Source of the DNA: Candidatus Baldrarchaeum yapensis
GTDB taxonomy: Archaea; Asgardarchaeota; Baldrarchaeia; Baldrarchaeales; Baldrarchaeaceae
Direction of reading: 5' to 3'
Length of the DNA: 16,047 bases
Assembly (NCBI GenBank): GCA_016840465.1
Contig: JAEOSH010000051.1
Location: forward strand, 1 to 16,047
Shown here: positions 7,702-16,047 of the stretch, piece by piece
How positions within the stretch are numbered: the stretch's first letter is position 1
Layout: each line of letters begins with the position of its first letter
Translations under genes and position numbers: made by a program
Notes under the pieces: model-generated
Database searches by the model: none
The model's input: only the letters and a program-made list of their open reading frames with translations
Told to the model about the DNA's origin: nothing

Positions 7702-10700
7702 CTATTCACCTCCACTTTTCTTCACTAGGGGCGTCATGAACAACTCCAACATCCCAGTACCAAGGGGGATCTCCTGACCGATTATTATATTTTCTATCAC
7801 TCCTTGCAACTTATCTACTTCTCCACGTGCGCTCGCATCTAGCAACTGCTTAACCGTAACCTCAAATGCGGCCCTCGCAAGGACGCTTGGTTTCTCACCG
7901 CTAATGCCATGCCTACCTATTTGTCTAATCTCACCAGTTGCGGTCATTATGTCAGCCACTAGCATGATATGTCTAACATCCACGTCAAGACCCTGTTCTC
8001 GCAGAACGCCCATAGCTTCCTCTATTATTGCGGCCCTTGCTGCTTCTATGCCCAGTACCTCCGCAATTTCATGGATGTTATTTGTTTTTGTTCTCCGTTT
8101 ATCAACTCCGGGCACCCTTAGTACTTCATCCAAGTTCGAACCTTCAGTCTCTAAGACATATTCGACCTCGCCATCTCGCATCTTCTTGCTTATCACAACT
8201 CTAGTTATGTTTTTAATTCCCTTGAGATGATAAGATCTTACTTTCTCGACTAACTTCTGAAGTGCAGTGATTGATCTAGCTTCAGGGGTCTTAGGGGTCA
8301 CAATTATGAAATTATCCCTCACCTCAACCTGTACGTCCTTTATTCGTGAGAGTTTCTTCGCAACCTCGTCAATCGTCAATCCTCTGTTCTCCAATAGATG
8401 TTCATTTACTAAGATTACTACGCACTCGTTTGTTAGATCCATTCTTATATCATCAGCGATGGACTCCACTTTTGTCATCTCAATATTCCTTGCTACCTCT
8501 CTGGCCTTTTTTTCGTCTGTTCTGTAACTCTCTTCCAGATAAACTGTCATTGTTGGTGTTGAAGGATTCCTTCTTGCGTCAACTATCTCTATAAGTCGCG
8601 GAAGTCCCAAAGTCACGTTAAGTTCTCTTACACCAGCAAAGTGGAATGTTCTTAGGGTCATTTGTGTGCCGGGCTCGCCTATCGATTGCGCAGCCACGGT
8701 ACCAACGGCCTCTCCAGGCTCCACCTGTGCTAGGTTGTAGTATTTTGTGACTTCTTTAAGTAGAGTCTCAAAGTGCTCCTTGCTGATTCCGACCCTCGAT
8801 GCGAGATCTCTCAACTTGTCTATTAACGATTTAGGAAGAACTCCCTCCCTTTCCAAGGCCTCAAGTCTTTTGATAACATCTTCGTCTACCTTTCTTCTTT
8901 CGGGGACTATTTCGTCCAATAATTGCGGTAGCACTTTCTCTAGAATGGCGTCAACATTTACTGCCGACCCGTGATCGCTCTTCATAGGATCTATGCCATC
9001 CTCGCCATACCTAAACTGGACTATTTGCCCATCGGCTGTTCTGACGGTACTGTCATATTCCACCTTTATGTCCTGCAATGCATTTATCAACCGTCTTTGC
9101 ATGTAACCGCTTATCGAAGTTCTAACAGCCGTATCCACGAGTCCTTCTCTTCCACCCGCGGCGTGGAAGAAGAATTCTATCGGATTCAGTCCTCTTCTAT
9201 AACTCGAGAAGACGAACCCTCTGGCGCCAGCGCTTAACCCATACTCGCGCCTGAAGTGTGGCAACACGCGATCTCTATATCCTCTCTTTATTCTCTCTCC
9301 TCTGATGGACTGCTGTCCGAGACATGCTGCCATTTGTGTGATATTCAACTTTCCTCCTCTTGCCCCTGTCTCCGCCATTATGACAGCAGCGTTGTTAAGT
9401 TCCTCTCCAAGGTACTCTACTGCTATCTCACCCGCCTTGTCTCTGGCCTCCTGCAACACTTCCATGATCTTTAACTCAAGCGTCTCCTCAAGCGTCTTTC
9501 CTGGAAGCCTTTCTAAGCGTCCCTCTTCATAATCCCTTATTAACTCATTAACTCTTTCCTCGGCCTCGCTCAGTATCTTCTGGATTTTCTCAATTATTTC
9601 GCTCGGAATTTCTACATCATCGAGACCCATTGTAAAGCCTTTCCTTGAAATGTGCTCTATGAGCATCTTGCCTAATTTGTCCAAAAACTCTCGTGCAGCA
9701 TCATATCCGTGGTCCTTCGTTATCCTGTGAAGTACGCTGTTAGGCACGAACGCCCCTATTCCCTTTTCGTCTATTGAGCCGCAGAGAAGCTTGCCGTCTC
9801 TGATGACAACATATGCATCGTATGGGCAATCGGTCTCTTTACAACCCTCACGGCAACCCCTGCAAATGTTAGCTCTAAACGAGATATTTATCCCCTTAGG
9901 AAGTAGCAAGCTGAAGATTTGTTTTCCTGTCCAGAGTTTTACCGGCTTCTTTATTGCGGGCTCTGGAAGGTCTCCCTTATAGCCAGCAACTGTCAACAGT
10001 TGGCAAACATCATCCTTTGTGAAGAGGGCATCCTTTCGGGTAAGCAGATATGCCGATGTTATATAGTCTTGAATGGCTCCAATGATGGGGCCTCCGTATC
10101 TTGGAGAAAGTATTTGATTCTGAACTCTCATTAATATTCTCGCTTCCGCCCTTGCCTCTTCGCTCTGAGGAACGTGAAGATTCATCTCGTCTCCGTCAAA
10201 GTCAGCATTGTACGGTGGGCAAACGCAAAGATGTAATCGGAAGGTCCTATACGGCAGGACCTTCACTTCGTGTGCCATTATTGACATCCTATGTAAAGAT
10301 GGTTGCCTGTTGAACAATACGATATCTCCATCTCTCAAATGCCGTTCAACTATGTATCCGGGCTCTAGCGACTCAGCGATCGCCTCTCTATCCTTAACGA
10401 ATCTCAGGTCTATTCTTCTGCCATCTGTCCGTATGATGTAATTTGCACCCGGATACTGATCCGGTCCTCTTTTTACAAGCATCTTTAACTCTTCGATATT
10501 CCACTCGGTTACCTTCTCGGGAACGGTCAATATCTTTGCAACGAACTCAGGAACACCAACCTCATTAATACTCAAATTAGGATCAGGAGAAATGACAGTC
10601 CTAGCGGAGAAATCTACACGTTTTCCTGATAGATTACCTCTAAATCTTCCCTCTTTACCCTTTAACCTCTGACTTAGCGTCCTAAGAACCCTTCCTGATC

Positions 10701-11577
10701 TGTGCCTTGCGGGAGGAATTCCAGAAACCTCGTTATCGAAATATGTGATCACATGATACTGCAATAACTCCCATAAATCGTCGATGATTATCTGAGGTGC
10801 TCCAGCCTCGATGTTCTCCTGCAACCTGCTATTTATTCGTAGGATATCAACTAACTTATGTGTAAGGTCGTCTTCGGATCTCACACCAGATTCTAATGTT
10901 ATACTCGGCCGTACTGCTATTGGAGGTACTGGAAGTACTGTTAGGATCATCCACTCTGGTCTTGCGCGTTTGGGATGGATCCCAAGAAGGTAACAATCAT
11001 CATCAGGAATTCTTTCGAATCTATCTCTTATCTCCACGGGAGTGAGCCTTCTAAGTCCCTCTGGGGTCTCCTCGTAAAAGGTCGTTGGTTTTTCAAACCT
11101 TATCTTGTATTGCTCGGCACCGCAATGAGGACATTGTTTAACATTTGCAACCTTCTTTGCAACCTCCTCGGAAATCTCCTGCGCAAGGATAGGCCATTTA
11201 TCCATGTTTTCGCGTATTCTCTTCAAATACTGATTTATAACGTCCTGGGGTAATAAAACTCTACTACAAACTCTGCAGATGCACTTAAGGATCCTATTTA
11301 TTATCTTGGCGAAACCAACATGAATAACGGGTCTTGCAAGCTCTATATGTCCAAAATGACCTGGACATTCTCCCATTCTGTTACCGCATGTACCGCATCT
11401 TTGTCCAGGTTCGATGGTCCCGAGACGGGGATCCATAAGCCCAGATTCAATAGGAGTACCATCTTCATTATATGTATCCGGAGTAAATATTCTCGCTACG
11501 CTCATTTTTCGAATCTCATCTGGGGAGAGAATTCCAAACTCTATTGCACTAATCCTCTTAGGCACACGTAAACTCAT
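7702..11577 (-). CDS. rpoA: DNA-directed RNA polymerase largest subunit, unsplit A' + A''
   Basis: 1291 aa: Zn motif [20 protein letters not shown], catalytic [15 protein letters not shown], and the A''-type [31 protein letters not shown] in one uninterrupted frame. Confidence 0.97.
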   Translation of the reverse strand: MSLRVPKRISAIEFGILSPDEIRKMSVARIFTPDTYNEDGTPIESGLMDPRLGTIEPGQRCGTCGNRMGECPGHFGHIELARPVIHVGFAKIINRILKCICRVCSRVLLPQDVINQYLKRIRENMDKWPILAQEISEEVAKKVANVKQCPHCGAEQYKIRFEKPTTFYEETPEGLRRLTPVEIRDRFERIPDDDCYLLGIHPKRARPEWMILTVLPVPPIAVRPSITLESGVRSEDDLTHKLVDILRINSRLQENIEAGAPQIIIDDLWELLQYHVITYFDNEVSGIPPARHRSGRVLRTLSQRLKGKEGRFRGNLSGKRVDFSARTVISPDPNLSINEVGVPEFVAKILTVPEKVTEWNIEELKMLVKRGPDQYPGANYIIRTDGRRIDLRFVKDREAIAESLEPGYIVERHLRDGDIVLFNRQPSLHRMSIMAHEVKVLPYRTFRLHLCVCPPYNADFDGDEMNLHVPQSEEARAEARILMRVQNQILSPRYGGPIIGAIQDYITSAYLLTRKDALFTKDDVCQLLTVAGYKGDLPEPAIKKPVKLWTGKQIFSLLLPKGINISFRANICRGCREGCKETDCPYDAYVVIRDGKLLCGSIDEKGIGAFVPNSVLHRITKDHGYDAAREFLDKLGKMLIEHISRKGFTMGLDDVEIPSEIIEKIQKILSEAEERVNELIRDYEEGRLERLPGKTLEETLELKIMEVLQEARDKAGEIAVEYLGEELNNAAVIMAETGARGGKLNITQMAACLGQQSIRGERIKRGYRDRVLPHFRREYGLSAGARGFVFSSYRRGLNPIEFFFHAAGGREGLVDTAVRTSISGYMQRRLINALQDIKVEYDSTVRTADGQIVQFRYGEDGIDPMKSDHGSAVNVDAILEKVLPQLLDEIVPERRKVDEDVIKRLEALEREGVLPKSLIDKLRDLASRVGISKEHFETLLKEVTKYYNLAQVEPGEAVGTVAAQSIGEPGTQMTLRTFHFAGVRELNVTLGLPRLIEIVDARRNPSTPTMTVYLEESYRTDEKKAREVARNIEMTKVESIADDIRMDLTNECVVILVNEHLLENRGLTIDEVAKKLSRIKDVQVEVRDNFIIVTPKTPEARSITALQKLVEKVRSYHLKGIKNITRVVISKKMRDGEVEYVLETEGSNLDEVLRVPGVDKRRTKTNNIHEIAEVLGIEAARAAIIEEAMGVLREQGLDVDVRHIMLVADIMTATGEIRQIGRHGISGEKPSVLARAAFEVTVKQLLDASARGEVDKLQGVIENIIIGQEIPLGTGMLELFMTPLVKKSGGE

Positions 11578-11588
11578 AAAAATCCCCC

Positions 11589-14500
11589 CTAAGTTCTCTC
11601 CTCTAATCTGAGTCTAGGAGCTATACATAACGACATTAGTTCTTGTAAGAGTAACTTGAACGCATAGGATGTAATTACCGGGGCAAACTCTCCATCCTCA
11701 CCATGAATTGGACAGATGTACTTATTTCTATTTCTGTCGTAGTAAGCTATGAATCCACATTTCTCACATACTATTATTTCGACTTTATCGGATTCCTCGA
11801 GCAATCTATCCTTAAGTAACATTGCCGCTCCATATCCGACTAGGCAGTCTCTTTCCATCTCTCCAAATCTAAGTCCTCCCTCCCTCGCTCTTCCTTCAGT
11901 TGGCTGTCGAGTTAGTATCTGAACAGGTCCTCTTGCTCTCGCGTGGATTTTGTCAGCAACCATGTGGTGCAATTTCTGGTAATAAACAACGCCTATGAAG
12001 ATGTCAGCCTCAAACTTCCTTCCTGTGATTCCGTCATACATTACCTCCCTTCCGTTATACTTAAAGCCCAGACGTTGCAATTCCGCCATTAGGTCTTCCA
12101 CCTTCTCTCCATAGAACGGTGTTCCATCGACCTTTCTACCAGCTAGCGCTGCAACTTTACCTGCAATGGACTCTATAAGTTGCCCAAGGGTCATTCGTGA
12201 TGGAAATGCATGCGGATTTATTATCAGATCGGGAACTATGCCGTCCTCCGTAAATGGCATGTCTTCCTGCGGCACTATCAGTCCGATCACTCCCTTCTGC
12301 CCATGTCTCGATGCAAATTTGTCGCCAAGTTCAGGGATTCCAAGCCTTCTGACCTTCACCTTCACAAGTCTATTACCATCAGCTGTCTGTGTTAGTATAA
12401 CAAGATCGACGATTCCCTCCTCACCATGCCGCAGGCTTATTGAGGTTTCCCTTCTTGCGCCTGGTCTTACCTCGAATTCGGCATACTCCTCTAAGAATCT
12501 CGGAGGGCTCGTTCTTCCTATAAGCACATCTCCTCCCTTAACTTCAAGCTCAGGCTCTATTATCCCATCCTCAGCCAAACACCTGTACACGTATTCTGCT
12601 CTGTAGCCCCTTACGTCTCTAGGCGGTATCTCGAAGCGATCTTCCTGTCCTCCTGGGAATTTCCTCTCTTCTGCCTCGTAACATCTGAATGTGGTCGAGC
12701 GAGCAAGTCCTCTTTCGATAGAAGCCTTATTTATTATGAGAGCGTCCTCAATGTTATATCCCTCATACGATAATACTGCAACTATGAAGTTCTGTCCTGC
12801 TGGTCTCTTATCGAACCCTGTTACCTCAGCCCCCTTCGTTGTAACCAGAGGTACCTGCGGGTAGTGAAGTACGTGGCTTCGTGTGTCAACTCTTAATTTA
12901 AAGTTAGCTGCGGCCAAACCAAGAGCCTGCTTTGCCATACCTGCTTCATAGGAATTCCTCGGAGACTGGTTATGCTCAGCATACGGTATTAAGGAGGCGG
13001 TAACCCCTAAGATCATAGGAGGGTATATCTCGAGATGCGTATGCTGTTCTGTGAGGTCTTCAGGGTCAAGTGCTATGTACGCGTTTTCTTCCTCCTCCGC
13101 ATCAAGGAATTCGACTATTCCATGTTTCACGAGATCCGAGAACTTCCACTCCCCCTTTCTTATCTTCTCCACATGTTCTGGCCTTAATTTCGGTTGTCCG
13201 TTTTCAACGATGATAAGTGGTCTGCGCGCGCGTCCCGAGTCACAGTTGACATAAACTTCCTTTACACCACTAGTTTCATAATAAGCGACGTTCACCTCGG
13301 GGTCTATATGACCCCTCCTTCTCAATTGTCTAATCTGAATTGCCAACTGTTGCCCATCGGGGTGGTATCCAATGAGCCTGCCGTTAAGGAAAACTCTCGC
13401 ATAAGTGTTCTTCTCGGAGCTGGTTTCCTCAGGTGGCTTTACACCCAGTTCATATAGTTTTGACTCTATAGTTGACTCGTCAATACCAACGGATATGCAA
13501 ACCATGAGCGCAAGGTTCTTAACAAGTCCGCAGTTTGGCCCTTCAGGGGTTTCATTTGGACAAATCTTACCCCAATGTGTCGCATGTAAGTCTCGTGCCT
13601 CAAAATGAGGCTGACTTCTACTTAATGGTGATACTATTCTTCTAAGGTGACTAAGGGCGGACATGTAATTTGTTCTATCAAGCAATTGACTAATTCCTGC
13701 CTTTTGTCCAGGCCAGTTTCCTGTGGCAAGTGCATGCCTAAATCTTTCAGTAATAACATCTGCCCTTACAACAGTATGTAAACTAATTTTCTTAGACTTG
13801 TCAACCCCCTTCTCTATCTGGTACTTTATGTCCTTGCATAGGTTGTTAAACGCGTATCTGAACAGAGTTTCTAGAAGATCTCCGACAAGTCTCAGCCTCT
13901 TGTTTGCATAATGATCCTTATCATCCGGTTCTCGTCTTCCTAGTACAAGCTCCAGCAAACGGCGCGTCATTAACGCCAAAAAATGAGCCTTCTTAATGCG
14001 GTCTTCTTTGGACGTTCCAACATGTGGCAATAGATACCTATCCAAAATCTGCTCAGCGCGTTCTATTCTTCTCTCTCTTGCCTGTCCAAGTGCGACTCTC
14101 CTACCTATATAATCAAGCGCGTCCTTTATCGTCTTTTCAGGATTTCTGGGATCATACACAACTTTAGCTGATCGTGCTTCTTCCATTGATGGTATGAGTT
14201 GGGTTTCAATTTCGGTATCCCCCTCAGCAATCGCCTCTATGATTTGCTTGTCCGTAACTAAGCCCAATGCCCGCATCATTATTACTAAGGGTATCTTTGT
14301 TGGAAGGGACGGCATGGATACCTTTAATGTTCCATCACGAGATCGTTCTATACTCACTGGTGCTCTAAATCCCCGTCCACTGGAGAATACTTTAGCAACA
14401 TGCGTCGCAGTACTTCCACTTGGCGCTACTTCGACGATAATTCTATTCGGTGCTAGATCCTCTTGAGTTACGATAACCCTTTCAGAGCCATTTATTATAA

Positions 14501-15005
14501 AGTAACCTCCGGGATCATTAGGATCCTCCCCCGCCTCTATCAACTGATCTGGCGTCATCTTTGACAAATAGCACTTACATGACTTCAACATTATTGGGAT
14601 TCTTCCTATAAAGACCTTCTCGGTCTTCCCCTCTTTGACCATTCCTGTTTCATTATCGACATATATTGGGGTCATTTCAAGATAAACTGGCGCAGCATAC
14701 GTAAGGTTTCTAATTCTGGCCTCCATGGGATATATTTTTCTCGTAGAACCATCTGCCTCCCTTATCATTGGCTCTCCAACTTCTATCTTCCCGAATTTTA
14801 TGTATTTTAGTGAAGATCCCTCCTCTTCACGTGCCTCTATCTCTATCTGTCCAATCTCGTCGACAATTGCCTGCATCCCTCTAGTTATGAACGCATTAAA
14901 CGACTCCAATTGTTGCTGTACCAATCCCATCTCTTTAAAGTAAGCCTTCATAACCTCCCAACGATCCTCCGTAGTGAGATTAATCCTCTGCATACAGACA
15001 CCCAC
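11589..15005 (-). CDS. rpoB: DNA-directed RNA polymerase subunit B, unsplit (B''+B')
   Basis: 1138 aa: [86 protein letters not shown]. Confidence 0.97.
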   Translation of the reverse strand: MGVCMQRINLTTEDRWEVMKAYFKEMGLVQQQLESFNAFITRGMQAIVDEIGQIEIEAREEEGSSLKYIKFGKIEVGEPMIREADGSTRKIYPMEARIRNLTYAAPVYLEMTPIYVDNETGMVKEGKTEKVFIGRIPIMLKSCKCYLSKMTPDQLIEAGEDPNDPGGYFIINGSERVIVTQEDLAPNRIIVEVAPSGSTATHVAKVFSSGRGFRAPVSIERSRDGTLKVSMPSLPTKIPLVIMMRALGLVTDKQIIEAIAEGDTEIETQLIPSMEEARSAKVVYDPRNPEKTIKDALDYIGRRVALGQARERRIERAEQILDRYLLPHVGTSKEDRIKKAHFLALMTRRLLELVLGRREPDDKDHYANKRLRLVGDLLETLFRYAFNNLCKDIKYQIEKGVDKSKKISLHTVVRADVITERFRHALATGNWPGQKAGISQLLDRTNYMSALSHLRRIVSPLSRSQPHFEARDLHATHWGKICPNETPEGPNCGLVKNLALMVCISVGIDESTIESKLYELGVKPPEETSSEKNTYARVFLNGRLIGYHPDGQQLAIQIRQLRRRGHIDPEVNVAYYETSGVKEVYVNCDSGRARRPLIIVENGQPKLRPEHVEKIRKGEWKFSDLVKHGIVEFLDAEEEENAYIALDPEDLTEQHTHLEIYPPMILGVTASLIPYAEHNQSPRNSYEAGMAKQALGLAAANFKLRVDTRSHVLHYPQVPLVTTKGAEVTGFDKRPAGQNFIVAVLSYEGYNIEDALIINKASIERGLARSTTFRCYEAEERKFPGGQEDRFEIPPRDVRGYRAEYVYRCLAEDGIIEPELEVKGGDVLIGRTSPPRFLEEYAEFEVRPGARRETSISLRHGEEGIVDLVILTQTADGNRLVKVKVRRLGIPELGDKFASRHGQKGVIGLIVPQEDMPFTEDGIVPDLIINPHAFPSRMTLGQLIESIAGKVAALAGRKVDGTPFYGEKVEDLMAELQRLGFKYNGREVMYDGITGRKFEADIFIGVVYYQKLHHMVADKIHARARGPVQILTRQPTEGRAREGGLRFGEMERDCLVGYGAAMLLKDRLLEESDKVEIIVCEKCGFIAYYDRNRNKYICPIHGEDGEFAPVITSYAFKLLLQELMSLCIAPRLRLEERT

Positions 15006-15010
15006 CCAAC

Positions 15011-15313
15011 TTATTTCTCCCTGCCTTTCTCAATAACATATCTATATGCAACATGAGTACCCGCAGTAGGACTTTTTCTTATAACTTTAATTATGTCTCC
15101 AGGTTTTGCACCAATTATTTGGACTATGGGGTCAGAATCCTTTATCCACGGAAGTTGTTCGGGCTTTATGTTTAAATTTGCTAGCAGTTTCCTCGCCTCC
15201 CTCTTACTGAGAATAATATGCTCTGGAACAAGTTCATGTTCGAGTATTTCGACCATTAACACCCTCTTTTTACTACTCATCTGATAACTCACCAATCCGA
15301 GTATGGGTATCAT
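15011..15313 (-). CDS. rpoH: DNA-directed RNA polymerase subunit H
   Basis: [38 protein letters not shown]...[25 protein letters not shown]. The probable true start is MSSKKR at 15280. Confidence 0.93.
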   Translation of the reverse strand: MIPILGLVSYQMSSKKRVLMVEILEHELVPEHIILSKREARKLLANLNIKPEQLPWIKDSDPIVQIIGAKPGDIIKVIRKSPTAGTHVAYRYVIEKGREK

Positions 15314-15388
15314 TCATATCATCATATGCGTGTACCCGAGAATCAGAATGCATGTACCACATCATACCCGTTATGGATATCTTTCCTT

Positions 15389-15403
15389 GATCACTTTGTG
15401 ATC
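15389..15403. repeat. Perfect short inverted repeat GATCAC-TTT-GTGATC
   Basis: 6-nt arms with a 3-nt spacer in the upstream region of the rpoH-B-A operon. Confidence 0.9.
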
Positions 15404-15421
15404 CGTAATTTACAAATAAGC

Positions 15422-15430
15422 GTATATATT
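15422..15430 (-). promoter_or_regulatory. Candidate TATA element for the rpoH-rpoB-rpoA cluster
   Basis: GTATATATT (AATATATAC on the minus strand) in the AT-rich gap upstream of rpoH. The predicted leader would be long. Confidence 0.35.
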
Positions 15431-15513
15431 TTTTTCTAAAGTATTAGTACTTCTGAAACTTCTTCTCGGAGAATGCGAAAGGTTTATGCGGCCGCCCGCC
15501 GGCACCTAACAGT

Positions 15514-16047
15514 ATGAAACCCCGACACAACTCCACACAGGCGAAACGCGCACCGGCGGGCGACCGAAATACGGTACGGCGGGCGCAGTATTTAAGCGTA
15601 TCGGCGGTCGCGGGGGCGCTCCCGCGCTCCATACGCGGCTACAAGATCGATCGAGCGTCTCTCTCCTGGATCCTGACGAGCGCTACTGTCTCCAATGACT
15701 TCGTGACGTCCGCCGCGCGGCCGCTTCATGTGCATCCCGACTCGGTGGCCTTCCAGATGAGGAAAATAGGAATGCGCGACGCCGAGAGTCTCAACGAGAT
15801 CCTCGGGGAGATCGCCGCCGGAGTGCTGCGCCGCAGGAGGGTATTGATCGCGATGGACACAACCGAAGTTCCCTACTTCGGCACACGCGACGAGTGGGTC
15901 CACTACTCCCCCACCAAGAAGTGCTACGTGCATAGGTACGTCGTGGCGGCCGCCATCGACGGCCCCCGGAAGATCCCACTCTCCATAAGGCCCATCTCCA
16001 TGTTCGGCAGCCGCGCCGGCGCCGCGGAGGCGGTGCTTCGTGACATC
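15514..16047 (+). mobile_element. Partial transposase-like ORF (N-terminal/central part), DDE type, truncated by the window edge
   Basis: Manual frame 1 translation is open for 178 codons to the window end. It includes ...SVAFQMRKIGMRDAESLNEILGEIAAGVLRRRRVLIAMDTTEVPYFGTRDEWVHYSPTKKCYVHRYVVAAAIDGPRKIPLSIRPISMFGSRAG. LIAMDTTEVPY fits a D1 motif. The ATG at 15514 is the first in-frame Met; the true start may be further downstream. Confidence 0.65.

Noticed and set aside
7904-14943. Many 60-110 aa plus-strand ORFs inside rpoA and rpoB
   Set aside because: All are antisense to conserved RNAP coding sequence with no independent evidence of coding.
7702-15005. Inteins in RpoA or RpoB
   Set aside because: Catalytic and conserved motifs are continuous, protein lengths are normal for fused subunits, and no splicing-domain motifs are seen.
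15444-15979. Minus-strand ORFs 15444..15632, 15592..15933 and 15791..15979
   Set aside because: High-GC shadow ORFs opposite the plus-strand transposase frame, which carries the DDE-like motif.
1-16047. CRISPR arrays, rRNA genes, toxin-antitoxin or defence modules
   Set aside because: No regularly spaced long repeats, no rRNA-like sequence, and no cas or defence gene signatures. The XRE regulator stands alone and looks like a chromosomal COG1709-type protein.

Overview
Archaeal informational-gene window, most likely from a TACK-type lineage (this placement is inference). The minus strand carries a long transcription/translation cluster, in transcription order: rpoH, rpoB (unsplit), rpoA (A'+A'' unsplit), rpl30e, nusA-like KH protein, rps12, tuf/EF-1alpha, rps10. 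Convergent to it on the plus strand is a full-length archaeal EF-2-like GTPase. Next to that lie tRNA-Gly(CCC), an intron-containing tRNA that I resolve as tRNA-Pro(CGG), and an XRE-type regulator gene. Both window edges hold partial, GC-richer transposase-like sequence in the same orientation; the right-edge ORF (15514..16047 +) is absent from the supplied ORF track. The most interesting observations are: (1) the EF-2 domain IV tip reads DLKVSRDPSERDPLQIIP, with Glu where the diphthamide His is expected, so it cannot carry diphthamide; (2) the tRNA-Pro gene is explained by two small introns, 18 nt within the anticodon (34/35) and 28 nt in the variable loop; (3) RNAP subunit A is unsplit; (4) short-motif and inverted-repeat clusters occur in the non-coding regions. 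I found no CRISPR array, defence island or obviously new multi-gene system.
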